Shown here: positions 18,778-27,716 of the stretch, one piece after another
Position numbering within the stretch: position 1 is the first letter of the stretch
How the letters are laid out: each line of letters begins with the position of its first letter
Source of the DNA: Clostridia bacterium
Lineage (GTDB): Bacteria; Bacillota; Limnochordia; DTU080; RSA5
Assembly: GCA_002919235.1 (NCBI GenBank)
Contig: PKEX01000009.1
Location: 67,617-131,616, forward strand
Reading direction: 5' to 3'
DNA: 64,000 nucleotides
The notes under the pieces: model-generated
Told to the model about the DNA's origin: nothing
What the model saw: only the letters and a program-made list of their open reading frames with translations
Databases searched by the model: none
Position numbers and translations under genes: made by a program

Positions 18778-18835
18778 TACCCCCTAGGGTATAGCGTTCT
18801 GACCCTATCCTACCTGCTCTCGGGGTATGTGTCAA
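18778..18835 (-). promoter_or_regulatory. Sigma-A promoter with CsoR/CstR-type operators
   Basis: Minus strand TTGACA-17-TAGGAT; ATACCCTAGGGGGTA operator at 18778-18792 and a second ATACCCC...GGTA site across the spacer. Confidence 0.72.
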
Positions 18836-19052
18836 CCGTTGCACTTCAGACGCCCTTGCAAAACGAGAGCCCGCCGCGGAGACCACGGCGGGCTGCGGGC
18901 CGGCGCCCGGGGCCATGACCCGGCCAATAGGCTGAGCTGCCTGGCACAGCTCAAAGAAGCTCTGCAAGAAGGCTCCACGAAGGTGCGCGCAAGGCCAACC
19001 CCCGGGAGGAAAGGCGACGCCCAGTCGCTCGCTGGGGGGGAACGCGAGCCGC

Positions 19053-19337
19053 TCAGGGGTAGAGATTCGCTTCTGGCACGTCCTCCGAGAAGCCCGGCTC
19101 TCCGGCGTCCGGAACGTCGAGCGCCGGCGCGCCGTCCGGCCCGGGCACCTCAAGCTCCGCGGGGAGCTCCGGCTGCGGGCCCTGCTCGAGATCCAGCGTC
19201 TCTCCTACCTGCCCCACGGGCTCCTGCCCTTCAGAGTCGACGCCCGACATCGTTTGTCCGACTCCACCGCAGCCTGCACTCAGCGCCAGGGCGACCAGCA
19301 GCGTTCCGGCGCAGCCAAGCCGTGTGACAGCTCTCAC
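19053..19337 (-). CDS. Small acidic Pro/Glu-rich lipoprotein
   Basis: AAAGGAGG RBS before GTG; lipobox LSAG-C. Confidence 0.7.
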   Translation of the reverse strand: MRAVTRLGCAGTLLVALALSAGCGGVGQTMSGVDSEGQEPVGQVGETLDLEQGPQPELPAELEVPGPDGAPALDVPDAGEPGFSEDVPEANLYP

Positions 19338-19481
19338 ATTCCGAGCCTCCTTTCCCGTTGTAGCATCAATGATACCGGAGGAGCCGCCGGACTCCATGAC
19401 GCGCGGGTGGCGAAAAGGTCCCAATTGCGTGGAAGCGCGCCGCGCAGGTTTTGGCGCGGTGCACCGGTGTGAGGGAGATCC

Positions 19482-21083
19482 ATGCGCTATTCCGCCGACT
19501 TGAAAGTGACCCTGGTCCTCGCGGTCCTGGCTTTTGGCGGGCTTCTCTTTCTCGCCTTCGCCGCGGTCTCGTCCTATTGGGTGACGCACGACCTTTCCGA
19601 GCAGTTCCGCCGGCGGGGCGAAGTCCTCGCCGAAAACCTGGCGGCGGAAGCGGCGGCGTCGCTGGCCATCGACAATGTCTTTGAGCGGCGCCTGCGGCTT
19701 CTCTTGCTCACCAGCCGGGCGACCATCGACGACGTCGCCTACGCCCAGGTGGTTCAGGGCGGGCTGGTGATCTCCGAGTCCATCCAGCCCGGTGGGCTGG
19801 AACTTCCCGTGATCCTCAACCCGCCGGCCCGTTTGACGGTCTCCCGATGGCAGCACCAGCATACGGAGTACCTCGATTTCATCCGCCCGCTGCCCCCCGG
19901 CGCCGGCTCCGGCTACATCCGCGTGGGCCTCAGCCTCGAGAGCGTCCAGCGCCGCACCCGGCAGGTCCTGCGGGTCATCGGCGGGCTCTCGGTCCTCTTT
20001 ACCGGCCTTGCGGTGGTGGGCGTCTTCGGCCTCTATTCCATCATTCTCCGACCGCTGGATCGGCTGATGGAGTCCATCCGCCAGGTGTCGCAAGGGGCGT
20101 TTCCCGTCTCCGCCGACATCCGGGGCTGCCGTGAGTTTGAGGAGATTTCCGCAGCGTTCAACCACATGGCCCGGGAAATCAACCGCCGGACCGAGGCCCT
20201 GCACCAGCGCAACGCTGAGCTGCAGCAGGCCAACCGGGCCAAGGCGGAGTTCCTGGCCATGGTCGGGCACGAGCTCAAGGCGCCCCTGCACAGCATCCGG
20301 GGCTACTGCCAGCTCCTCTTGGAGGAAGCCGAAGGGCCGCTCACCCCGGCGCAGCGCACCGACCTGCAGGCGATGCTGGCTGCCGCCAACCACCTGCTGG
20401 CGCTGATCCAGAACATCCTGCGCTTCATCGAGCGGGGCGCCGACTCCGTGCACCTTTCCCAAGTCGATTTGGGCGCGCTGCTGCAGCACGCCGCCGACTA
20501 CGTCCGCCCCATGGCCCAGGCCAAGGGGATCCGCGTCGTCGTCAGCGCACCGGGCCTGCCCCGGGTGCTGGTGGACGAGACCAAAGTGCGCCAGGTCCTC
20601 ATCAACCTGCTTCACAACGCGGTGAAGTACACCCGGGAAGGGTGCGTGGAGGTCTCGGCCTGGTGCGCCGAGGACGGCACCTACGTGCGGGTGCGGGACA
20701 CGGGACCCGGGATTCCCCCCGAGGAGCAGCAGCGCATCTTTGAACCTTTTGTCCGGATCGAACGGGGCGAGAGCAAGGAGGCACGAGGCATGGGCCTTGG
20801 GCTTGCCGTGGTCCAGCGCTACGTCGAAGCCCACGGAGGCTGGGTGAAACTCTCGTCGGCCCAGGGGCGCGGGAGCACGTTCACCCTCTTCCTGCCCCGG
20901 CAGGAGGCGCGCGCCCCAATCCGGGAACACCGGCAGGGCGCCTCCACCGGCGGCCGGCGGCCGGCGGGCACGGTCCTGCCTCAGGCCGTGCCCGCCGGGC
21001 CGGGGACGGCGACGGACTCGGAGGAAGGCTCCGGCCTTGCGCCTGCGAACGAGCTCGCCCCCGCAAAGGAGGAGATCGCGTGA
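19482..21083 (+). CDS. Membrane sensor histidine kinase with HAMP domain
   Basis: Two TM segments, HAMP, H-box GHELKAPL, NLLHNAVKYT, DTGPGI, GMGLGL, GSTF. Confidence 0.92.
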   Translation: MRYSADLKVTLVLAVLAFGGLLFLAFAAVSSYWVTHDLSEQFRRRGEVLAENLAAEAAASLAIDNVFERRLRLLLLTSRATIDDVAYAQVVQGGLVISESIQPGGLELPVILNPPARLTVSRWQHQHTEYLDFIRPLPPGAGSGYIRVGLSLESVQRRTRQVLRVIGGLSVLFTGLAVVGVFGLYSIILRPLDRLMESIRQVSQGAFPVSADIRGCREFEEISAAFNHMAREINRRTEALHQRNAELQQANRAKAEFLAMVGHELKAPLHSIRGYCQLLLEEAEGPLTPAQRTDLQAMLAAANHLLALIQNILRFIERGADSVHLSQVDLGALLQHAADYVRPMAQAKGIRVVVSAPGLPRVLVDETKVRQVLINLLHNAVKYTREGCVEVSAWCAEDGTYVRVRDTGPGIPPEEQQRIFEPFVRIERGESKEARGMGLGLAVVQRYVEAHGGWVKLSSAQGRGSTFTLFLPRQEARAPIREHRQGASTGGRRPAGTVLPQAVPAGPGTATDSEEGSGLAPANELAPAKEEIA

Positions 21084-21781
21084 ACGCCTGCGCCGAAGCA
21101 GCTCGGATCCTGATCGCCGACGACGATGACGACGCCCGGCGGCTGCTCGTGAAATACCTCACGGTGAAGGGGTTTCACGTCACGACCGCCGAAGACGGCA
21201 GCGAAGCGTGCCGGCGGGTGTTTGCGGACGAACCTGACCTGGTCCTGCTGGACGTGAACATGCCTGAGCTCGACGGCTGGAGCGTGCTCCAGGAGATCCG
21301 GTCGGCTACGGACGTGCCCGTGATCATGCTCACCGTCCTGGACAGCGCCCGCGACAAGGTGCGCGGCCTGGCGGGCGGAGCGGATGATTACATCACCAAA
21401 CCCTTCGACCTCAAGGAGCTGGAGGCCCGGATCCGGGCCGTCCTTCGCCGCGCCGCGCCCCAGGAACGGCCGGAGGTGATCACCATCGGCGACCTCACCA
21501 TCGACGACAAGGCGAAAGAGGTGCGGTTCAAAGGCGCGGCCGTCAGCCTCTCGCCCAAGGAATACGACCTCCTTCGCCTGCTGGCTTCAGCCCCCGGGAG
21601 GGTCTTTTCCACCCGGGAGATCCTGCGGGCCGTCTGGCCCGAGCGCCTCGACGAAAGCGGCCCCGAAGACGTGAAGAAGTACGTCTACTACCTGCGCACC
21701 AAGCTCCGGGAGCTCCCCGGTGCGGGGCCCGTGGTCCGCACCGTGCGGGGGTTCGGGTACAAGCTCGAAGCGCAGGCGTGA
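21080..21781 (+). CDS. OmpR-family response regulator
   Basis: ADDD, LLDVNMP, GADDYITKPF, LSPKEYDLL, TVRGFGY. Confidence 0.93.
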   Translation: MNACAEAARILIADDDDDARRLLVKYLTVKGFHVTTAEDGSEACRRVFADEPDLVLLDVNMPELDGWSVLQEIRSATDVPVIMLTVLDSARDKVRGLAGGADDYITKPFDLKELEARIRAVLRRAAPQERPEVITIGDLTIDDKAKEVRFKGAAVSLSPKEYDLLRLLASAPGRVFSTREILRAVWPERLDESGPEDVKKYVYYLRTKLRELPGAGPVVRTVRGFGYKLEAQA

Positions 21782-21846
21782 CGCCTGCGGCCCGTGCCCC
21801 GGGACCGGCCTCCGGGCTGGCCGGGCGGCGGCGGGGCCGCATGAGC

Positions 21847-22281
21847 TCAGGCGTACGAAAGGCCGTGAAGTGCTGCCTTGGCCTCCCGTTCCACCCGGCT
21901 CACCGGCGCGAAATCATCGGCCGCGATGTACTGCAGCAGCGACGTGGTCCCGTCCCCGGTGAACAACGAGATCACGGCGACGCTGGGCGCGACGGGAAAG
22001 GTTCCGGCGCCGAAGCCGTCCACCGGTACAGTGACGTTCACCTCGATGGTCTCGCCCTCCACTTCGTCGCTGGAGAGCTCCAAAGAGACCCGCTCGTCGC
22101 CGGGCACCTCCAGCTGCTGCCAGCGGATGCGCTCTTTGCGGTTGCCTTCGAGGCGAAGCACCTCCACCGTGGCCCGGTGAGGCTGGTTTTCCAGGTTGGC
22201 CAGGAAGATGCGCACCGACACCACTTGAGCGGCCGGAAGCTGTGCGACAGGGAACAAACCGCTGGTCAACGTGACAGGCAC
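21847..22281 (-). CDS. Hypothetical beta-sandwich protein (paralogue B)
   Basis: GAGGAGG RBS before GTG 22281; similar to the upstream gene. Confidence 0.65.
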   Translation of the reverse strand: MPVTLTSGLFPVAQLPAAQVVSVRIFLANLENQPHRATVEVLRLEGNRKERIRWQQLEVPGDERVSLELSSDEVEGETIEVNVTVPVDGFGAGTFPVAPSVAVISLFTGDGTTSLLQYIAADDFAPVSRVEREAKAALHGLSYA

Positions 22282-22319
22282 CGTGCATCCCTCCTCAGAA
22301 CGTGCGAACCAGCGCCGGG

Positions 22320-22853
22320 CTACACCGCGACCAGATCGCCCGGCGCCTTGTAGACCAGCACCAGGATTCCCCCGTCCGCCGGGAAGTACTGAGTGACGGT
22401 GACGGTGGGTACCAGCTGGTCCGAGGGGAGCGTCACTTCCACCTCGACCCGCTCGCCGGCGAGCCCGTCGACGACCACCCGCTCCGCACCGCCCGCCGGG
22501 ATGGTGAGGGCGCGGAAGAACACCGGCTCCAGTTGATTGCCGCTCACTTTCCGGACTCTCACCGACGCCGGCTGCTCCTGGTCGCTGAAGCTGCTGACGG
22601 CGACCACCAGCTGGATCACGGTATCGCTGGGCACCTGAAAGATGCCCGTGGTCCGCACTCCTCGCACTTCTTGACGCCGCCCGTCGCGCTCGCGCGGGCC
22701 CGGCGGCCTCCTCCCGGGCGGGGGCGTGCGCTCCTCCAAGTCCGGTCCGGGCCCGGAATCCCTTCCCGGCTCCGGGCCGCGCCGAGGCCTTTCGGGCGCG
22801 CGCCGCCTGCCGCCGTTGAACGTGTAGACCGGCCACTGCTTCACACGGCTCAC
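22320..22853 (-). CDS. Hypothetical beta-sandwich protein (paralogue A); start uncertain
   Basis: Core from about 22658 (TTGIFQV...VEVEVTLP...VTQYF.ADG) aligns by eye with 21847-22281. Confidence 0.55.
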   Translation of the reverse strand: MSRVKQWPVYTFNGGRRRAPERPRRGPEPGRDSGPGPDLEERTPPPGRRPPGPRERDGRRQEVRGVRTTGIFQVPSDTVIQLVVAVSSFSDQEQPASVRVRKVSGNQLEPVFFRALTIPAGGAERVVVDGLAGERVEVEVTLPSDQLVPTVTVTQYFPADGGILVLVYKAPGDLVAV

Positions 22854-23114
22854 CGCCGATCGCCCCTTTCTCCGCATCTCGCCGGTCCGTCCCGGCTTTC
22901 GAATAGGAATCAAAGACTAGCTGCGCTATGCTATGCCGGAAAGCCCCCGGCGGTCACAGCGAGGTTGCTGCCGGCACGGGCGGAGAGGAGGGGGCACAGC
23001 GGGTCCGGCGTTGCCTGCCGGCGCCATGCCTCCGCCTAGCGAATTCCGCCGGCGTCTCGTGGTATGATGGAACCGAGCAGCGAGAAGTCGCGAGAGACAG
23101 CGAGGAACAGAGAG

Positions 23115-23519
23115 ATGCAGGTTACTGAAGGCATGTTTGAAGGCACGCCGTACGAGGCGATCGGCGGGGAAGCCACCGTCGCCAGGCTGGTGGACGCCTT
23201 TTACCGGAGGGTGGCACGGCACCCCGACCTGGCGCCCATCTTTCCCAAGGATTTGACGGAGACCCGCCACAAGCAGTTCGCTTTTCTGACCCAGTTCTTC
23301 GGCGGGCCGCCGCTCTATTCCCAGCAGTACGGGCCGCCCAAGCTGCGGCGGCGGCACCTGCCCTTCCCCATCACGCCGAAGCGGGTCGAGGCGTGGCTCG
23401 GGTGCATGGCCGAGGCCATGGACGAAGCGGGCATCCAAGGGCCCGTGCGCGACCTGCTCTTCGCCCGCCTGACGGCCACGGCCCATCACATGGCCAACAC
23501 TCCGGAGGGCGGCAACTAG
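23115..23519 (+). CDS. Group II truncated hemoglobin (YjbI-like)
   Basis: YEAIGGE....LVDAFY.RV..HP.L.P.FP, KQ..FLTQFFGGP.LY, LRRRHLPF.IT, WL.CM. Confidence 0.9.
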   Translation: MQVTEGMFEGTPYEAIGGEATVARLVDAFYRRVARHPDLAPIFPKDLTETRHKQFAFLTQFFGGPPLYSQQYGPPKLRRRHLPFPITPKRVEAWLGCMAEAMDEAGIQGPVRDLLFARLTATAHHMANTPEGGN

Positions 23520-23737
23520 CGTTCAACCAGCTCCCGCACGGGGACGTGGAGCCGGCCCCGGCGGACGGACTGGCTCCACCGGTGCACCTTCCGGGCCCAC
23601 CGGCTCCGCTCGGCGCCGCCGGATATCTCCATCCGTTCTAGGATCAGCTCATAAAGGGCCCTCAGCTCGTCGACGGACAGCTCTTCGGCTCGGATCGGCT
23701 GGTCTGCCACCGGGCGTACGACCTCCTTTGCGGCCAT
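23516..23737 (-). CDS. Small hypothetical protein
   Basis: Open frame MAAKEVVRP...; overlaps the globin stop by 4 nt; weak RBS. Confidence 0.45.
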   Translation of the reverse strand: MAAKEVVRPVADQPIRAEELSVDELRALYELILERMEISGGAERSRWARKVHRWSQSVRRGRLHVPVRELVER

Positions 23738-23844
23738 CGTACCACCCAAATGTGACCGGCCCGTGACAATTTGGCTACGGTGATGTAACAGGCCGTTACA
23801 GAGCAGGAACGGGAACGGCGTGCGCCGCCGCCTCAAGCATCCCG

Positions 23845-25491
23845 CTACCTGCCGCGCGCGGCCTCGAGCGTCTGCCGCCCCCGCACCTGCAGCCGCTCCA
23901 GGAACCGGTCGGCAGTGCGGGCCGCGAGGGCCATCACCGTCTCCGTGGGGTTGCCGCCTCCGCTGGTGGGAAACACCGCGGCGCTGCAGATGTAAAGGTT
24001 GGGCACGTCGTGAGCCCGGCAGTCGGCGTCCACCACGGACGTCTCGGGATCGGCGCCCATGCGGCAGCCGCCCATCAGGTGCGCCGTGTCGGGCACCACG
24101 TACCTCGGCTTTCCCCCCGCCGCCTCGAGGATCTGATTGGCCGTCTCCACGGCGTGGGCGATGAGCTTGCGGTCGTTCTCCCCGTAGCTGAAGGTGACCT
24201 TGGCCCGGCGCAGGCCGTACTCGTCCACCTCGTCCGCGAGCGTCACCGCGTTCCGCTCGTCGGGGAGCACTTCGCCCACCAGCGTGATCCGGCCGAAGTA
24301 GTTGTAGTCCCGCAGGGCGTCCCGCAGCTCTTTCCCCCAGATGCCCGCGCTGGCGAGCCCGCCGGCGAACTCCACGGGGCGGGCGCCGTGGGCGTGCAGC
24401 GTGTAGCCCCGGGCAAAGCCCCGGGCCGGGTCCGTCTCGTAAAACTCCTGCGTGGTGGCGAGCACCGGCGTCCCTTTGTAAAGCCGGATCTCCTCGTCAA
24501 ACAGCGCGTACATGTCGTGGCTGCTGTGGGGCATGATGGCCTTGCCCACCATGCCGCTGCTGTTGGCGAGGCCGTCGGGAAAGAGCGGGCCGGTGCACTG
24601 GAGCAAGAGGCGGGGCGTCTCCACGACGAAGCTGCAAAGAAAGACGTACCGGGCCCGCTGGCGGTACTCTTTCCCGCCGTGCTGGAACACGACCCCGGTG
24701 ACGTGCCCGCGGCCGTCCACCTCCACCTGCGTTACCATGCAGTCCGTGAGCACCTCGGCTCCTTCGGCGATGGCCTTGGGGATGTGGTGGATCAAGGAGC
24801 TGTACTTGGAGTTGGGCATGCACCCCTGGTTGCAGAAGCCCCGGTTGATGCAGGGCGGGCGGCCTTCGAACGGGGCCGAGAGGATGGCGAGCGGCGCGGT
24901 GACGCTGCGGATGCCCAGCTTCTCGCAGCCCTTCCGGAACATCCAGGCGTTGGCGCTCAGGCGGTCCCGCTCGGGGTACGGGTAGGGCCCCCGGAACGGC
25001 CCCCACGGGAAATACCGGGGGCCCGAGACCGCCACTTCCTTTTCGATCTGGGTGTAGTACGGCTCGAGATCCCGATACTCGAGGGGCCAATCCACCCCGA
25101 CCCCGTCGACGGAGTAGGTCTTGAAGTCGCTTTCGTGAAACCTCAGGAAGACGCCGGTAAAATGGGTCGTGCCGCCGCCCACGCCCCGGCCCGAGTTGTT
25201 GTGGCCCAGCTTCAGCGGGTCGTCTCCCGCGACCAGGCGCGTCTGTTGCCATCCCAACCGCTGCATGGACAGCTCGTCGCTGGCAAAGTCCGTTTCCGGA
25301 TCCCAAAACGGGCCCGCTTCGATCACCACCACGTCGAGGCCCGCCCTGGCCAGCCGGTGCGCCAGGACGCCTCCGGCCGCGCCCGCCCCCACGATGCAGG
25401 CATCCACCACCTCGCCCCCGTACTTCCTGCGGTCGAGGTGGGGGAAGCGCTGCCCCGCGTAGTGGTCGCAGTGACGGGCGCTCGCGGTCAT
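23845..25491 (-). CDS. GMC family flavoprotein oxidoreductase
   Basis: IVGAGAAGG, GRGVGGGT, Cys cluster CINRGFCNQGC, HLMGGCRMG, NPT.T..ALA.R. Confidence 0.92.
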   Translation of the reverse strand: MTASARHCDHYAGQRFPHLDRRKYGGEVVDACIVGAGAAGGVLAHRLARAGLDVVVIEAGPFWDPETDFASDELSMQRLGWQQTRLVAGDDPLKLGHNNSGRGVGGGTTHFTGVFLRFHESDFKTYSVDGVGVDWPLEYRDLEPYYTQIEKEVAVSGPRYFPWGPFRGPYPYPERDRLSANAWMFRKGCEKLGIRSVTAPLAILSAPFEGRPPCINRGFCNQGCMPNSKYSSLIHHIPKAIAEGAEVLTDCMVTQVEVDGRGHVTGVVFQHGGKEYRQRARYVFLCSFVVETPRLLLQCTGPLFPDGLANSSGMVGKAIMPHSSHDMYALFDEEIRLYKGTPVLATTQEFYETDPARGFARGYTLHAHGARPVEFAGGLASAGIWGKELRDALRDYNYFGRITLVGEVLPDERNAVTLADEVDEYGLRRAKVTFSYGENDRKLIAHAVETANQILEAAGGKPRYVVPDTAHLMGGCRMGADPETSVVDADCRAHDVPNLYICSAAVFPTSGGGNPTETVMALAARTADRFLERLQVRGRQTLEAARGR

Positions 25492-26069
25492 GTGGGCTTC
25501 ACCTCGGCCTTCGCCTCCCAGGGATCGGTCACGCCCGCTTCGATCCGGTAGTAGCCCCTGGGGTACGCCGGCCCCCCGTATCCCATCTCCGACCACACCG
25601 CCGGGTGGGAGGCGTACGCTTCCACCGCCAGGGCCAGCAGCGTTTCAAAGAACTCCTTTTCGTGCCGCGATCCCTTTTGCAGTGCAGCGAGAACGGCAAA
25701 CTGCTCCGGGACGACGCAGTCGGCAAACGGCGCTCCGTGCTTTCGGACCGCGAGCTTATCGAGCGCTGCCAAGCCTTCCCGCACCCGCTGCGGCCGGGGC
25801 GGCATCCCTTCTTTACGCTGTGCTTCACCTAGAGGCGACCCCAGCTGCTGGTCGATGTGGGAGAGGACATAACCGAGGATGTCGTCCCGGTCTTCGTAGA
25901 GGAGGTGGGAGACGATAGCCCGCAGGGTCTGGGCCTCTTGCGGCGTGAGAAACGCCGGCTTGGCCGGAGGGCGCAGCCGTCTCTCGACGATGGAACGGGT
26001 ATGCGGGTCCCACGCGCCGGCGTGCGCCATCACGTCGTAGCCAGGGTATCGGGTCCTGGACTCCGCCAT
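25488..26069 (-). CDS. Gluconate 2-dehydrogenase subunit 3 family protein
   Basis: FLT..EA.TL.A, F..L....V..Y.SHP..W.E.GY.GPA.PRGY; overlaps the GMC start. Confidence 0.8.
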   Translation of the reverse strand: MAESRTRYPGYDVMAHAGAWDPHTRSIVERRLRPPAKPAFLTPQEAQTLRAIVSHLLYEDRDDILGYVLSHIDQQLGSPLGEAQRKEGMPPRPQRVREGLAALDKLAVRKHGAPFADCVVPEQFAVLAALQKGSRHEKEFFETLLALAVEAYASHPAVWSEMGYGGPAYPRGYYRIEAGVTDPWEAKAEVKPT

Positions 26070-26189
26070 CCTCTCGCCCTCCCGTCCCGGCAGGATGAGC
26101 CCCCCGCCTCGCTCCGCTTCCCGCGCCTTCCAGCAGCGGCCAAGGAGGCGATGCAGGAAGCGACCCACGGGGGCTGCCCGCCGGCACGC

Positions 26190-26582
26190 TCAGTCCATCA
26201 GGTACACCGCGATCAGGCCCAGCGCTCCCAGCGCGGAAACCAGTAGCGGCAGCGCAACCGGCGGGCCGACCATGAAGTTGTTCAGCGTGTAACCGTCGAC
26301 CCGCTCGCCCACGCCTGCCCAGTGGTAATAGGTGCCGACGAGACCCGTCAGCCCGCTGAGCGCCGACAACAGGACCAGCAAGCTCCTGAGCGCGCCGCTG
26401 TTCACCCAGGTGAGGAGCAGCGCCACCACGGCCAAGAGCGGCGTTTCGATCACCGGCGTCCACATCGACCAGTGCCTGAAATTCTGCCGCCAGTGCATCA
26501 GCGTCACTTGCGCGGCGACCGCCAGCGACACCACGCCGAGAAACAGGTAGAGGATCCGTTCCGCCGGCCAACCTGCCCACAT
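26190..26582 (-). CDS. Four-TM membrane protein of the GMC cluster
   Basis: H.RQNF....MW.PV, G..YH..GV, GPP...PL motifs; GGAGG RBS. Confidence 0.7.
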   Translation of the reverse strand: MWAGWPAERILYLFLGVVSLAVAAQVTLMHWRQNFRHWSMWTPVIETPLLAVVALLLTWVNSGALRSLLVLLSALSGLTGLVGTYYHWAGVGERVDGYTLNNFMVGPPVALPLLVSALGALGLIAVYLMD

Positions 26583-26818
26583 GCCTGCGCCCACCTCCCG
26601 CTCGCGCGGCCGGCAGCGCCCAACGTCCCAGCCGCTCGTTTTCCTCTTCTCTCCAGTCTGCCCGGGGCTCGCGGGCACCTTGACAGGAAACTGCTGCCGC
26701 CCGCCGCGGCGGGACCGCGGCGCCTGTCCGCCGGGGCCGAAGCGAAAAGGCGCCCCGCCGGGGCGAGGCGAAGTGGAAACCATGATCGCGGGAAAGCTCC
26801 TCGAGAGGGCGTGCCGAC

Positions 26819-27652
26819 GTGGGAGAGCAGGTGGACATCGCCGAAGTGACGGCGGCGGAGTTTCTCCAGTGGATGGATGAGGCGCTGTTTGAGGCGTTTC
26901 CGGGAGGCCACTTCTGGCTGGAACACCTGGTCCGGGTTCTGGCGCAGGCGGGCCCGGCTTACGACCCGGTCTGGCGCTTGTTTGCCGCCGCGTCCCCCGG
27001 AAGCCCGCGCTGGACGGCGCTCTACGCCGTCGATGCCGGCACCCGCTACGGGCTGTTTCACGCCACGAGCCCCGAGGCCGGCGCGTCGCTGCTCCGCTGG
27101 GCGCTGGACCACGAGCCGCCCCACAAGGTGCTCAGCCCCTATACCTCCATGGACCGGGCCCTCGAAGCGGGAAACCTCACGAAGAGAGTGGCCCGGGACC
27201 ACCGCGAGCTCCTGATGTCGCTGGCCCCGGGCCAGCTCGCCGTCGAACCCGACTGGGCGTACCGCCTCGCCGGAGAACAAGACATCCCCCGGCTCATTGA
27301 GTACAACAGGCTCTACAATGAAGAGCGCCGGACCCATTGGACGCGGGACTGGCGCCGCGCCATCGCCCAGCGCCTGGTCTACGTGCGCGAGCGGGAAGGC
27401 ACCGTCTCCAGCTGCCTGATCCGGGGCGCCACTCTAGGCGCCCGGGTCTCTCTGGGCGGGACGTTCACCTTCCCGGAGTACCGGGGCCGCGGGGAGGCCA
27501 CCATGCTGGTCGCCAACTTCTGCGCCGAAATGGCGCTGTACGGGTACCACGTCTGCCTCCTCGTCGACGACGACAACCTCCCGGCGCTCCGGGTCTACGG
27601 CAAAGTGGGCTTCACCCCGCTGGGGCTTTTCCGGACCACCTATTTTCGCTGA
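26819..27652 (+). CDS. GNAT family acetyltransferase (C-terminal FR47-like domain)
   Basis: GGTFTFPEYRGRGEA, L.V...N.PA.RVY.KVGF. Confidence 0.8.
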   Translation: MGEQVDIAEVTAAEFLQWMDEALFEAFPGGHFWLEHLVRVLAQAGPAYDPVWRLFAAASPGSPRWTALYAVDAGTRYGLFHATSPEAGASLLRWALDHEPPHKVLSPYTSMDRALEAGNLTKRVARDHRELLMSLAPGQLAVEPDWAYRLAGEQDIPRLIEYNRLYNEERRTHWTRDWRRAIAQRLVYVREREGTVSSCLIRGATLGARVSLGGTFTFPEYRGRGEATMLVANFCAEMALYGYHVCLLVDDDNLPALRVYGKVGFTPLGLFRTTYFR

Positions 27653-27716
27653 CTATTCTCGCTGACCGCGCCCGGGACGCGCGCCGGCCGTGCCCGCCCG
27701 GAGCGCTGCCGCGGGC

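Noticed and set aside
19338-20930. 625-aa minus-strand ORF
   Set aside because: Antisense to the histidine kinase; only its last 94 codons (19053-19337), with RBS and lipobox, look real.
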